From Candidatus Omnitrophota bacterium (GTDB taxonomy: Bacteria > Omnitrophota > Gorgyraeia > Gygaellales > JAQTUX01): a stretch of DNA of 64,000 nucleotides. Shown piece after piece: positions 17,347-28,305 of the stretch. The stretch is from contig JAQTUX010000002.1 of the NCBI GenBank assembly GCA_028707125.1, forward strand, positions 16,355-80,354. The letters run 5' to 3'. The position numbers and the translations under genes were made by a program. A model generated the notes under the pieces. The model had not been told where the DNA came from. It ran no database searches and worked only from the letters and a program-made list of their open reading frames with translations. Positions within the stretch are counted from its first letter, which is position 1. The number at the start of each line of letters is the position of its first letter.

Positions 17347-18783
17347 TTAACCGCGGCCCTCTATGTATCTGCTTAAATACCCGCCTGTCAGAGAGTCAAT
17401 GCGGGCAGTCAGCTCATCTATCCTGAGCATCAAATCATCAAATGAGGCGTCCCGCGAACCGGGGACGCCGGTCAGCTTATTCTGAAGCCGCCTTCGCTCA
17501 AAATACAGCCGGTCCAGATCCTCCAATATATCATTCCTTAACTCTACCATAAGGCGCGACCGCACGTCAATGGATGTCTGGTGCTCATTATAGATCCAGT
17601 CACCCAGGTCCCAGGCAAGATTTACATCCCAGCCGTCAGTGCGGTCCCTGGGCCCGGATATTATGTAATCCTTGGTCGCGCTGGTATAGATCTCATATGT
17701 ATCGCTTATTGAGCGGTCATAGCCGATGCTCATTGTGGGCAAGAAGGCGCGCTTCGCGGCTTTCCTGCGCCAATGAGTTATCTTGGCTGGGCTGACCTCC
17801 GCGTACTCTATGGCAGCCCTGTGCAGCTGCTCTATTGTCGGCTCTATTCCAAACACTTTCAGGCGCTCAAACATAACACTGTTACCAACCACGCTGCCGG
17901 TCTGCGCCTGCTGTTCGTAGATACCCTGCCTGTCTATAACAAAATACTCCCTCACGGCCGAGTTAAAGGCAAGGCCTTTTATTTCATAAAACTCCCTGCC
18001 GCTGTCTACCTGTTCAACCGCGTTGTTCGCGTGCCAGAATTTATAAACCGTGTTCCTGCCGGAAACATACAGGCATTGATCATCGCCTGAAGGCGCGATG
18101 CCCGTTATCTCCATTCCGCTGAGAATAGCGACTTTACTTATTAAAATACCGCTGCCTGTGAACTCCAGAGTGTAAAGCCCTGACCTGCTGCCAAGCGCCA
18201 GCCCCGCCTCATCGCCGCCTATAAAACCCAGCGCGTTGACCTCTCCGGGAAGCATTTCTTCCGTGTCCCCGGAGGGTTCGTCGGAGTCCGCCTCTTCATC
18301 GGGGCGGTTTATGCCTCCCAGAAAGATCCTCTCCCAGGACCTGCCGTCATCCTTTGAAACAAACAAACCTTCTTCCGATACGGCATAAACATATTCACCG
18401 GCAACAACCGCCTTAAATACCTCTCCCCTAAGGCCGCCGTAAGCCCTTACCCAGTTCTTGCCTGAATTATGGCTTATATATAAACCGTTCTTTGTGCCGG
18501 CGAATATAAGGTTGGCTTTTAATGCCGCGGATAGCGTATCGCCTTTGTCTTCGGTAAAATAATGAAATATCTTCTTGAACGCGGCTCCGCTGTCATCGCT
18601 GAAATATAACCCCTCGGCAGTGGCAGCCGCTATTAGATCGCCCGTTCCTCCTCCGAATATGACCTGGTTTATATCCTTGCTGTTGACCTGAGACGCGAGC
18701 GAATCCTGCCATTTGACATCAGCGCAAAAGGCCGTGCCGGACAACAGGAGAAAAGATATTACCGCGGCAACGCAGCTCTTCAT
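17347..18783 (-). CDS. Secreted BNR/Asp-box repeat protein.
   Basis: Signal peptide MKSCVAAVISFLLLSGTAFCA, with repeated S-x-D-x-G-x-x-W motifs (SDDSGAAF, SHNSGKNW, SKDDGRSW). The likely start is the internal Met at 18783. Confidence 0.6.
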   Translation of the reverse strand: MKSCVAAVISFLLLSGTAFCADVKWQDSLASQVNSKDINQVIFGGGTGDLIAAATAEGLYFSDDSGAAFKKIFHYFTEDKGDTLSAALKANLIFAGTKNGLYISHNSGKNWVRAYGGLRGEVFKAVVAGEYVYAVSEEGLFVSKDDGRSWERIFLGGINRPDEEADSDEPSGDTEEMLPGEVNALGFIGGDEAGLALGSRSGLYTLEFTGSGILISKVAILSGMEITGIAPSGDDQCLYVSGRNTVYKFWHANNAVEQVDSGREFYEIKGLAFNSAVREYFVIDRQGIYEQQAQTGSVVGNSVMFERLKVFGIEPTIEQLHRAAIEYAEVSPAKITHWRRKAAKRAFLPTMSIGYDRSISDTYEIYTSATKDYIISGPRDRTDGWDVNLAWDLGDWIYNEHQTSIDVRSRLMVELRNDILEDLDRLYFERRRLQNKLTGVPGSRDASFDDLMLRIDELTARIDSLTGGYLSRYIEGRG

Positions 18784-18885
18784 AACAACTCCCCTCGTTT
18801 TATGACCGCCCCTTATTAAACAAAATGGGGCAGGCGGCCTTTCGGCTTCCTGTCCCATTGTTTGAAACTGATGCGGTTAACCTTA

Positions 18886-19911
<1,026 letters not shown>

Positions 19912-20910
19912 TTATAGTTTTATTTTCCTGAGATATCCTGCCGCCAGCTCCGGCGGCGTAGGAACTATGTAAAAGCCGGTCCCCCATTCAAAACCGGCAA
20001 CGCGCGTAAGTTTAGGCATGATCTCTATATGCCAATGATAGCTCTCGCTTCCACTCTCGCCTAAAGGAGAGGTATGTATGATAAAGTTGTACGACGGATC
20101 GGATAAGACATTTTTGATCTTCAGCAATGTTTCTTTCAACACCGCGGCAAGCGCCTCTTTCTCGCCGTTATCTATAGAGTGGAAATGGCCCGAATGTTTC
20201 TTCGGCACGATCCAGGCCTCAAAGGCGAACCTGGAGACAAAAGGGCAAAAGGCGATAAACCTGTCCGTCTCAAGGATTATCCTTTCCTCCTCCTCCTGTT
20301 CCTGCTGGATTATGTCGCAGAATATGCATCTATCGCGAAATCCAAAATAATCAGCCGAACCGCTAAGCTCTTCCATCACGTTCTTAGGCACCATAGGCAG
20401 GGCGATAAGCTGAGAATGAGGGTGCTCCAAAGACGCGCCGGCAGAAGGGCCGTAATTTTTAAATATAAGTATATATTTGAAACGCTTGTCTTTTTTGAGG
20501 TCCAGGCAGCGGCTGCAGTATTTGTCTATAACATCCCTTATCTGCGGGACATCCAGGTCTGAGAGCTCCTTATGGTGGTCGGGCGACTCTATAATGATCT
20601 CATGCGCCCCTACGCCGGCAGTCATATCAAACACCCCTACGCCGGACCTCTCTAAATCACCCTCTATGCGCAGGGCGGGAAATTTATTAGGCACAACCCT
20701 CACCGACCAGCCGGGAGTATTGGGCTTTGTATGCGGCTGCCGCACGGCTTCGATCTCGGGAGGCGTCAGGCCCTCATTGCCGCTGCAGAAAGGGCACTCG
20801 CCCTTCTTCCATTCGTGGGCCTCCCTCTCAAAATCGCCGGGCCCCATAGGGCGCTCAACGTTGGTAATGACCCACCTGCCTATGACAGGGTCCCTTCTTA
20901 ACTCACCCAT
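19912..20910 (-). CDS. Galactose-1-phosphate uridylyltransferase-like HIT-family nucleotidyltransferase (canonical copy).
   Basis: CPFC zinc motif and an intact HxHxQ motif (EHPHSQ). Confidence 0.8.
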   Translation of the reverse strand: MGELRRDPVIGRWVITNVERPMGPGDFEREAHEWKKGECPFCSGNEGLTPPEIEAVRQPHTKPNTPGWSVRVVPNKFPALRIEGDLERSGVGVFDMTAGVGAHEIIIESPDHHKELSDLDVPQIRDVIDKYCSRCLDLKKDKRFKYILIFKNYGPSAGASLEHPHSQLIALPMVPKNVMEELSGSADYFGFRDRCIFCDIIQQEQEEEERIILETDRFIAFCPFVSRFAFEAWIVPKKHSGHFHSIDNGEKEALAAVLKETLLKIKNVLSDPSYNFIIHTSPLGESGSESYHWHIEIMPKLTRVAGFEWGTGFYIVPTPPELAAGYLRKIKL

Positions 20911-21933
20911 CTATATCTTTATCCCCTTCAAAAATTTAGTCGCGTCTTCAGGCGCCAGCGGGCAGATATAAAAACCTGTGCCCCACTCAAAACCCGCCAC
21001 CCTGGTCAAACGCGGCATGATCTCTATGTGCCAGTGGAAATCGCTGTCTATGGTCTTCCAGTAACCCGCCTTCTGCCTCCTGAAAGGCGCGCTATGTATG
21101 ATATAATTATAGGGCGGGTTGTCCAGCCCGATATTCAACTTCTGCAGCACCTGCTTTATCATCAACGCCAGATATTTTCTGTTCTGCGGTTCTATGCTCG
21201 CGAAATCAGCGGAATGTTTCTTAGGGAGTATCCAGACCTCAAAAGGGAACCTTGAGGCAAACGGGCTTATGGCCACAAATCCGTCAAGGTCAAGTATGAC
21301 CCTTTCGCCGGAATCCAGTTCCTGCTTTATCAGATCGCAGAAAACACAACGCTCGCGGTATTCAAAATATTTCCGCGCGCCAACCAGCTTTTCCTTCACC
21401 CTCTTGGGTGTAACCGGCGTGGCGATCAGCTGAGAACGCGAGTGTTTGATCCTGCCGCCGCCGGATGCCCAGCCGTAATTTTTAAAAACAAGGACGTATT
21501 TAAACCTTTCGTCTTTCTCCAGGTCGTTTATGCGGCTGATGTAAGTATTGATGACCTCCTCTATGAGCTCCGGGGGCAGATCAGCCATATTGGCTATATG
21601 CGCGTTTGTCTCTATCACGACTTCGTGCGCCCCGATCCCGTTCATAAGGTCATACAGGCCGTGGCCGCGCCTCTCTATCCCGTCTTTGACCTCAAGAAAA
21701 GGGGCGATGCTGGAGACCACCCTCACGCGCCAGCCGGGGCTGTTCGGTTTTGTCTCTCCCGCGCGGACGGCGTATATTTCAGGAGGGGTCATTGCCTCCC
21801 TGCCTTCACAAAAAGGGCATTCGCCTTCCGACGGCGCCTCTGTGGCAGGCGCGAATGAGTCCGGCCTCTTCTTTCTTTCGGTGGCAATAATAACCCAGCG
21901 TCCTATTATGGGGTCTTTCCTTAATTCAGGCAT
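20911..21933 (-). CDS. GalT-like HIT-family paralog with the active-site motif altered to H-S-R-S-Q.
   Basis: About 50% identical to the neighbouring copy, with CPFC retained. The second (nucleophilic) His of HxHxQ is replaced by Arg (IKHSRSQ). Confidence 0.75.
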   Translation of the reverse strand: MPELRKDPIIGRWVIIATERKKRPDSFAPATEAPSEGECPFCEGREAMTPPEIYAVRAGETKPNSPGWRVRVVSSIAPFLEVKDGIERRGHGLYDLMNGIGAHEVVIETNAHIANMADLPPELIEEVINTYISRINDLEKDERFKYVLVFKNYGWASGGGRIKHSRSQLIATPVTPKRVKEKLVGARKYFEYRERCVFCDLIKQELDSGERVILDLDGFVAISPFASRFPFEVWILPKKHSADFASIEPQNRKYLALMIKQVLQKLNIGLDNPPYNYIIHSAPFRRQKAGYWKTIDSDFHWHIEIMPRLTRVAGFEWGTGFYICPLAPEDATKFLKGIKI

Positions 21934-21990
21934 CTTTCAGGGAATTATATTTTTAAAGAATTGGAAGTTTTATTATAACATCCTTATATC

Positions 21991-22938
21991 TTATTGCAAC
22001 AGATTTCTCCCGCCCAGGACTTCACCGGGGGACATCTTATGCCCGGCAATGAACTCCCGCGCGCTCATCGATCTGGCCCCTTCTAATTGCAATTCCTGGA
22101 TGATAACCGCGCCTGAGCCCGCCTTGACCGTGATGCCGCTTTTGCCGACACTGACAACTTCTGCCGGTCCGGCCCCCTTAAAGTCATTTTCCGACAAGGC
22201 GGCCTTCAATATCTTCAGATTCTTACCTATATAATATGTGAAGGCGCAGGGCCAGCCGGCCAGGCCGCGGACCAGATCATGTATCTGAAGCGCGCCGCAT
22301 GACCAGTCTATCAACCCGTCTTCTTTCTTCAGCTTAGGGGCGAAGGTCGCCTCTTTCTCGTTTTGCTTTATCAGGCTGAATCCGCCTTTATCTATGCTTT
22401 CGATCGCCTCGATCAATCTCCTGCTTCCCAGCGAAGATAATTTGCCCGCGAGCGTTACGGCGTTATCATCCGGGCTGATCGCGGTCTCGTCTTTCAGCAG
22501 GATGTCTCCCGCGTCCATCTTCTCGTTCATGCGGATAATGGACACCCCTGTCTTCTTCTCTCCGCTTATTATCGCCCGGTTTATGGGCGCCGCGCCCCTG
22601 TATTTAGGTAAAAGCGAGGCATGGAGATTTATAGAAAATGTTTTGGGTATATCAAGTATCGGCTTAGGTATTATCTTGCCGTAGGAAACTACCACAAACA
22701 AATCCGCCTGCCTCTCCTTAAGCGCCCGCAGGCACTTTTTGTCCAACGCGGCCGGCTGATAAACTTCGATACCCTTGCTCACAGCCAGTTCTTTTACCGG
22801 CGTAGCAGAGACCTTCAGGCCCCTGCCCTTAGCCCTGTCAGGCTGGGTCACCACAAGCGCGACCTTATGCCGGCTCTCCAGTATCGCCTGAAGCGGCTTG
22901 ACCGCGAATTCCGAGCTTCCGAAAAATACAATGTCCAT
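21991..22938 (-). CDS. fmt: Methionyl-tRNA formyltransferase.
   Basis: N-terminal formyl-transferase domain (SLLPKYRGAAPI) plus a C-terminal domain. Confidence 0.92.
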   Translation of the reverse strand: MDIVFFGSSEFAVKPLQAILESRHKVALVVTQPDRAKGRGLKVSATPVKELAVSKGIEVYQPAALDKKCLRALKERQADLFVVVSYGKIIPKPILDIPKTFSINLHASLLPKYRGAAPINRAIISGEKKTGVSIIRMNEKMDAGDILLKDETAISPDDNAVTLAGKLSSLGSRRLIEAIESIDKGGFSLIKQNEKEATFAPKLKKEDGLIDWSCGALQIHDLVRGLAGWPCAFTYYIGKNLKILKAALSENDFKGAGPAEVVSVGKSGITVKAGSGAVIIQELQLEGARSMSAREFIAGHKMSPGEVLGGRNLLQ

Positions 22939-22944
22939 ACAACC

Positions 22945-24801
22945 TCACACCGGGTCCACGTCCACAGTCACAATTATACCCGACGGACGGAAATCCCTCA
23001 AGGCCTCTTTTAACCTGGGAGATGTTGACCGCGGACGGCTGCTGTTTATGACTATCTGCCGGCGAAAATTTCCCCGCAGCTTAAAAGGCGTATTCCTGAC
23101 GCTGCCTATCAAACTGGTGTGTTTATAGGGAGCGAACTTATCCTTCAACAGGTCAAACAGCTTGCCTGACGCCTCCTCCACCTTATCCTGCTCCCTGCCC
23201 CTGAGGTTGACCAGGATAATATGCCTGTATGGCGGCAGGTTCAGCTGCTTTCTCGTGGAAAATTCATTCTTATAAAAAAGCCCATAGTCGTCTTTCTTAA
23301 CGGCCTCAAAACAATAATGCTGCGGGCTCATGGTCTGGATGGCCATCCTGCCCCGGCATAATCTTTTTAATTTAAACAACAAAGCGAACGCCTTCTCCGC
23401 CGCCCTGAAATCCGCCTGGTTAAGAAGGTTGTCCACCGATACCACTCCCAGCAGATCCACGGGGGGCAGGTGCGCCTTCAAGACGACCTGAGAAGCCACA
23501 AGGATGTCGCGATCAGTGTCCGGGCGCGGGCTCTCGCTGTCAAGCCTCCCGATAGATGCTTGAGGGAATATCCTCCTCAATTCGCCTTCCAGCTTTTCAA
23601 TGCCGAAACTAAAATAATGCATATACCCCGCGTTGCATTTCGGGCAGATATTCCGGACCTCCGTCTTATAGTTACAGCGCCTGCAGAGGAACAGGTTCCT
23701 GTCCAGATGAAAGACCAGAGGCAGGTTGCAGCGTTCGCAGATAAATGTGAAGCCGCAGGAAGGGCACTTTATATTCTGCGCGAAACCGCTTCTGTTGGAG
23801 AACAATATCACCTTTCGCGAAGAAGAAAGCGCGTCCCCGATCAGCCTCTCCATCTCAAGAGAAATAATGTACTCCCCCTTCTTGCGGAAATGCTTGAGAA
23901 ACTCCTTACGCATATCAATAATGGAGACCTCACATAATGGGGCGCCGGGTTCCAACACAGTTAATTTAGCCGCCTCGCCCGAGGCCATATTATACGCCTC
24001 CAAAGAAGGCATCTGCGATGTCAGTATCACGCTTACGCCTTCCAGCCTGGACCGGAACAGAGCGACCTCTCTGGCGTTATAACAGGGCGCCTGCTCCTGT
24101 TTGTAAACGGGGTTTGACTCGTCTTCCAGTATGATCAATCCCAGGTTCTTGATCTGAGAGAAGACCGCGGAACGCATACCAAGAAACGCCTTCGGCTCCG
24201 CTCCGGCCAGCAGCTCTAATTTTCGCGCCCCTGTCTTAAAGGATTCCTCTTTCATTATCACCACGGGCTCGATACCCAGATCCTGCTTTATCCGCGCCTC
24301 TGTGTCTGATAATGCCGACGCCTCCGGCACGACTATCAGCACGGACATACCTTCCTTCATAAGATCCCTGATCCTGCTGAAATACCAATAACGCTTATCT
24401 CCGGCTGGATCAAATATGAGTTCTACGGACGCGCTTCTGCCGCGGATGTTTTCCGGAGGATAACCGTTTATTCCCGGAAACGGCTTATTGCGCGCCAGAA
24501 AACGCGGCAGGCCCGTCTCGATCATCATTCCCCAGGAAGAGCAATAATAAATAGAAAGCTCCCTGCAAAGCTCCAGGTATTGCCTGCTGAGAACGGCGGA
24601 ACCGTCCAATACGCCGGCGATCTCTTTGATTTTCTTGAAGGGGGTTTTAGAACAGGTGCCGACTACAAAACCGAGGAGGGCGCGGTTACGAAACGGGACA
24701 ACGACCCTCGAACCTGCCTTAAGAAAAGAATGTTCCCGCGGTATAATATAATCAAAGGGGCCTTCAGGAGGGATCCCCAGGGCAACTTTTGCATATTTCA
24801 T
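22945..24801 (-). CDS. priA: Primosomal protein N' (PriA) homolog with degenerate helicase motifs.
   Basis: 3'-binding N-terminus and the Cys-rich zinc region CPSCG...CERC...CRRC...CPKC. Helicase motif I GxGKT is replaced by PAGDKR. Motif II DEEH is replaced by EDES. Confidence 0.8.
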   Translation of the reverse strand: MKYAKVALGIPPEGPFDYIIPREHSFLKAGSRVVVPFRNRALLGFVVGTCSKTPFKKIKEIAGVLDGSAVLSRQYLELCRELSIYYCSSWGMMIETGLPRFLARNKPFPGINGYPPENIRGRSASVELIFDPAGDKRYWYFSRIRDLMKEGMSVLIVVPEASALSDTEARIKQDLGIEPVVIMKEESFKTGARKLELLAGAEPKAFLGMRSAVFSQIKNLGLIILEDESNPVYKQEQAPCYNAREVALFRSRLEGVSVILTSQMPSLEAYNMASGEAAKLTVLEPGAPLCEVSIIDMRKEFLKHFRKKGEYIISLEMERLIGDALSSSRKVILFSNRSGFAQNIKCPSCGFTFICERCNLPLVFHLDRNLFLCRRCNYKTEVRNICPKCNAGYMHYFSFGIEKLEGELRRIFPQASIGRLDSESPRPDTDRDILVASQVVLKAHLPPVDLLGVVSVDNLLNQADFRAAEKAFALLFKLKRLCRGRMAIQTMSPQHYCFEAVKKDDYGLFYKNEFSTRKQLNLPPYRHIILVNLRGREQDKVEEASGKLFDLLKDKFAPYKHTSLIGSVRNTPFKLRGNFRRQIVINSSRPRSTSPRLKEALRDFRPSGIIVTVDVDPV

Positions 24802-25873
24802 CGTATATCTGGCTTAAAACTGCCGGGTTGGACAACTGCCGCACGCGGGCAGCGGCAGATCTAGCATTGTCCGGATCATTCTTCAGATCCAGGACCGCCT
24901 CTTTTACCGCCTCCGCGCTATCTGCCAGCGCGCCTACGCCATAGCGCGCTAATACCCTGACGTTGCTTACCTCCTGTCCGGGTATGGGAGAAATAAAGAT
25001 CATCGGCAGGCCCATGGCTATGCTCTCCGATACAGACAGCCCGCCCGGCTTTGTGACTATCGCATCTGCCGCCGCCATTAATTCATACATATTGTCCACA
25101 AATCCGAATACCTTCACGCCGCGAAGGTTACTTTCGTTCAATTTTCGGAATATCTTCCTGTTATGCCCGCAGACAACCATAAGATCGACATTGCCCCGCA
25201 GCCGCTCAACTATCCTCTCTAACGGCCCCATGCCGACCGTGCCGCCGGCGATCAATACAGTAAACCCGTCTTTCCGCAGGCCAAGCTTCATCCTCATGAG
25301 CGCCTTATCGTAAATACGGTGGTACTCTTCGGCAACAGGTATGCCTGTGACCATGATCCTGGACCTGTCTATACCCAGCGCCATAAGAGCATCCCTGGTG
25401 CTGTCCAGGGCGACCACAAATTTATATACAGAATCAAACAGCCAGTATCTGTGCACGTCAAAATCGGTGATCACGCAAAAAAGGCGCGCGCGCAGGCCTC
25501 TATACTTTATGAGAAAATCCAGGATCTCATTGATCAGAAAATGGGTGGAGATGATCACGTCCGGCCTGGACCGGAAAACATACCGCGCGAACCCGGAGGT
25601 ATTTAAGCGGTTGACCAGAAACCTGAAGGGGCTGCTGATACTGGCGCAAAAATGAGAGAGATGATACAACAGCGCCCAGACAGGCCTGAGCCGGGTTATA
25701 AGATATAAGTAGCCGCGGTCATATATTCTTTTAAAAACGGGGTTGGTGAACGCCAGGATGTCTATAAGTTCGGCGCTATGCTGAGGGTGATGGCGGGTAA
25801 GATAACTATGTACCGCCTCCGCCGATTTCCTGTGGCCGGTGCCGCTTGAGGCATAACAAACCAGTATCTTCAT
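24764..25873 (-). CDS. MGDG-synthase-like / UgtP-type GT28 glycosyltransferase.
   Basis: MKILVCYASSGTGHRKSAEAV N-terminus, as in the MGDG_synth family, plus a GT28 C-terminal domain. Confidence 0.7.
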   Translation of the reverse strand: MKILVCYASSGTGHRKSAEAVHSYLTRHHPQHSAELIDILAFTNPVFKRIYDRGYLYLITRLRPVWALLYHLSHFCASISSPFRFLVNRLNTSGFARYVFRSRPDVIISTHFLINEILDFLIKYRGLRARLFCVITDFDVHRYWLFDSVYKFVVALDSTRDALMALGIDRSRIMVTGIPVAEEYHRIYDKALMRMKLGLRKDGFTVLIAGGTVGMGPLERIVERLRGNVDLMVVCGHNRKIFRKLNESNLRGVKVFGFVDNMYELMAAADAIVTKPGGLSVSESIAMGLPMIFISPIPGQEVSNVRVLARYGVGALADSAEAVKEAVLDLKNDPDNARSAAARVRQLSNPAVLSQIYDEICKSCPGDPS

Positions 25874-26424
25874 CGCAGGATAATATCAACCGCTTCCCGC
25901 AGGTCGGAAGCGGTGTGATCCGGGGCAGCATCCCAGGCGCTTTTATTGCGCGGCTTCTCCTTGCCGGAAAATACCACGATCGTCTTTAACCCGGCGGATC
26001 TGCCTGTCTTTACGTCAACAATAGAATCGCCCACAAAGAAACACCTGGAGAGATCCAATTTCTGACTTTTTCCAGCTAAAAGTTTCACGGCCTTATCTAT
26101 CAAGCCGGTCCTGGGCTTCCTGCAGGGACAATTATCCGCGGCAGTATGCGTGCAGTAAGAAACGCAATCTACGACAGCCCCTTCGGCTTTAAGTTTTGAC
26201 AGCATCTTTTGAGTTATCTCATTAAGTGAGTCCTGGCTGAACAGGCCCCTGCCTACGCCTGACTGGTTGGACACGACGCATACCTTGAACCCCGCCTTGT
26301 TCAGTTTCTTTATCGCGTCTATGGCCCCAGGTAGAAAGACAAACTCCTTCCAGGAGGTAACGTAGCTGTCGTCTCCGGGGTATTTGTTTATGACGCCGTC
26401 CCTGTCCAAAAATACAATTTTCAT
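25870..26424 (-). CDS. gmhB: D-glycero-D-manno-heptose 1,7-bisphosphate phosphatase (HAD-IIIA).
   Basis: DRDGV HAD motif I and the CxC zinc motif (CPCRKP) typical of GmhB. Confidence 0.85.
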   Translation of the reverse strand: MKIVFLDRDGVINKYPGDDSYVTSWKEFVFLPGAIDAIKKLNKAGFKVCVVSNQSGVGRGLFSQDSLNEITQKMLSKLKAEGAVVDCVSYCTHTAADNCPCRKPRTGLIDKAVKLLAGKSQKLDLSRCFFVGDSIVDVKTGRSAGLKTIVVFSGKEKPRNKSAWDAAPDHTASDLREAVDIILR

Positions 26425-26503
26425 ATTTCCTCTACACGCTTACGCGTGTAGTATCCTTTGCCTCTCTTGGAATTGCCATTCCCCACACGTGAGTGTGGGG
26501 TAA
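26425..26503. repeat. Dual-hairpin intergenic element, copy 2 (tctacacgcTTACgcgtgtag, spacer, ccccacacGTGAgtgtgggg). It fills the whole gap between the epimerase stop and the gmhB start.
   Basis: Same architecture and near-identical stems as 6521-6600. The 3' arm of the first hairpin runs directly into AGGAAAT-ATG of gmhB. Confidence 0.7.
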
Positions 26504-27541
26504 TCACCTAAAGAATTTCTCATTCTCCTTTACCCACTCAATGAGCCGGCCTATACCCTGCGGCACGCTCGTCCCCGCCTTCCAGCCCAGCGCCTTCTCC
26601 ACCTTTTTTGTATCCGAAATGTACACCTTCTGGTCGGAAGGCCTCCAGCCGCAGAATTTAATGTCCGTCCCCGTACCGGTCTGTTTTTTTAATTCATCCA
26701 TGAATTCAAGAAGCGACGCGGTGTTAGCGGGGCCTCCGCCTATGTTGAAGACCTCGCCCTTTATATTGCTATGTATGAATTTGTCAAACGCGTCCACCAG
26801 ATCGGTGACATAAAGCAGGTCTCTGACCTGCTTGCCGTCACCATAAATATTGATGGGCTTGCGGAAAAGATTGGCGATCACAAACCAGGCAACCCATCCC
26901 TGGTCCTCAAAGCCGAACTGCCTGACGCCGTAAATACAGGACATCCTGAATATGCCTGTCCTCATCCCGTAAATATGCCCGTACTCCTGAGTATAAAGGT
27001 CGCCGGTCAGCTTTGACACGCCGTAAGGCGTATGGCCGGTCAGGTCCGTGCACATGGATTCGTTTATGCCGGCACTGCCATCATAGGTATACCTTTTCCC
27101 GCCTTCCTTCAACGGTATGCTGTCGATATTTTCTCCATAGACCTTGTTGGTAGAACAGTAAACAAACGCCGCGTCTTTGTTCTTCTGCCTTAAGGCCTCA
27201 AGCACATTGATCGTGCCGAAGGCGTTTATGCTGAAGTCCTCAAGGGGCATCCTGACCGAAGAAGGCACTCCCGGCTGGCCCGCGGTATGTATACAGGCGT
27301 CAACACCTTTTCCTATCGCCTTCTTTACGTCCTGTTCATTCCTCACATCCCCCTTTACCCTCTCTATATTCTTATATTGTTTCAGATAGTTCCAGTTGAA
27401 TTCCACCGAATCCTTGTCGTAGCCGAACAACTTTGAGCGCATCAGGTTATCCAACGCGACAACATCATAGCCCTTCCTGGCAAAATGCTCCGCGCAATGC
27501 GAACCCACCAATCCTGCTCCGCCAGTGACCAATATCCTCAT
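26504..27541 (-). CDS. NAD-dependent sugar epimerase/dehydratase (SDR, CDP-paratose-2-epimerase-like).
   Basis: TGGAGLVGSH Rossmann motif and a YxxxK catalytic pair. Confidence 0.75.
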   Translation of the reverse strand: MRILVTGGAGLVGSHCAEHFARKGYDVVALDNLMRSKLFGYDKDSVEFNWNYLKQYKNIERVKGDVRNEQDVKKAIGKGVDACIHTAGQPGVPSSVRMPLEDFSINAFGTINVLEALRQKNKDAAFVYCSTNKVYGENIDSIPLKEGGKRYTYDGSAGINESMCTDLTGHTPYGVSKLTGDLYTQEYGHIYGMRTGIFRMSCIYGVRQFGFEDQGWVAWFVIANLFRKPINIYGDGKQVRDLLYVTDLVDAFDKFIHSNIKGEVFNIGGGPANTASLLEFMDELKKQTGTGTDIKFCGWRPSDQKVYISDTKKVEKALGWKAGTSVPQGIGRLIEWVKENEKFFR

Positions 27542-28305
27542 CTTGTTTCCTTCTCCTTTCTTTTCATCTCCCAGAATTTAGCGTAACTCATGATCTGATA
27601 CATTGAAGCGAAATAAGAAACCATAAAACCCGTAAATCCGTCCTTGTACGCGCCCTTGCCGATATAGCTGCGAAAAAACCTGTCCACGGCGCGCCAAAAC
27701 GCGTGGAAAAGCGTCATCCTCCTGCCGGCCTTAAACCATTTTAACGCCTCTCTGCCTGATTGAGAGTTCAATTTGTCAACAAAATCCGCGAAATCCCTGT
27801 AGGAATAATGTATCAGATCGGCCCTGATGTGGCCGCTCTCCCCGTCAAGGAACGCGCGCGGATGCACCTCAACCTCTTCATATTTGAACTTATCTTTCAT
27901 GAACAGGCGCAGCTGCCCTCCGGGGTACCAGCCGCCATGCCTCACCCAGTAATCGCCGATATAATTTCTCCTCTGCACGCTAAAACCAGTATACCTGACG
28001 TTGTCCTCCAGCGCCTTCTGGATCCCGTCTCTTAATTCAGGCGTGACCCGCTCATCAGCGTCCAAACTCAATACCCAGGCATTCCTTGCCTGTGAATACG
28101 CCCAATTCCTATGCGTACCCTCTACTTCCATCTTCCTGCTTATGACCTTATGGGTATACCTTGAAGCGATCTCCACAGTCGAATCGGTGCTTAAATCATC
28201 TATTACAATTATTTCGTCGGCCCAGCCCGCGACCGACTTCAGGCAATCTTCTATACGGGCCTCTTCATTCCTGCTAAGAACCACTACGGAAACCGGAACC
28301 CTCAT
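27538..28305 (-). CDS. Family 2 glycosyltransferase (LPS core type).
   Basis: VVVLSRNEE ... DxD-like DADE motif, with a GT-A fold. Confidence 0.8.
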   Translation of the reverse strand: MRVPVSVVVLSRNEEARIEDCLKSVAGWADEIIVIDDLSTDSTVEIASRYTHKVISRKMEVEGTHRNWAYSQARNAWVLSLDADERVTPELRDGIQKALEDNVRYTGFSVQRRNYIGDYWVRHGGWYPGGQLRLFMKDKFKYEEVEVHPRAFLDGESGHIRADLIHYSYRDFADFVDKLNSQSGREALKWFKAGRRMTLFHAFWRAVDRFFRSYIGKGAYKDGFTGFMVSYFASMYQIMSYAKFWEMKRKEKETR

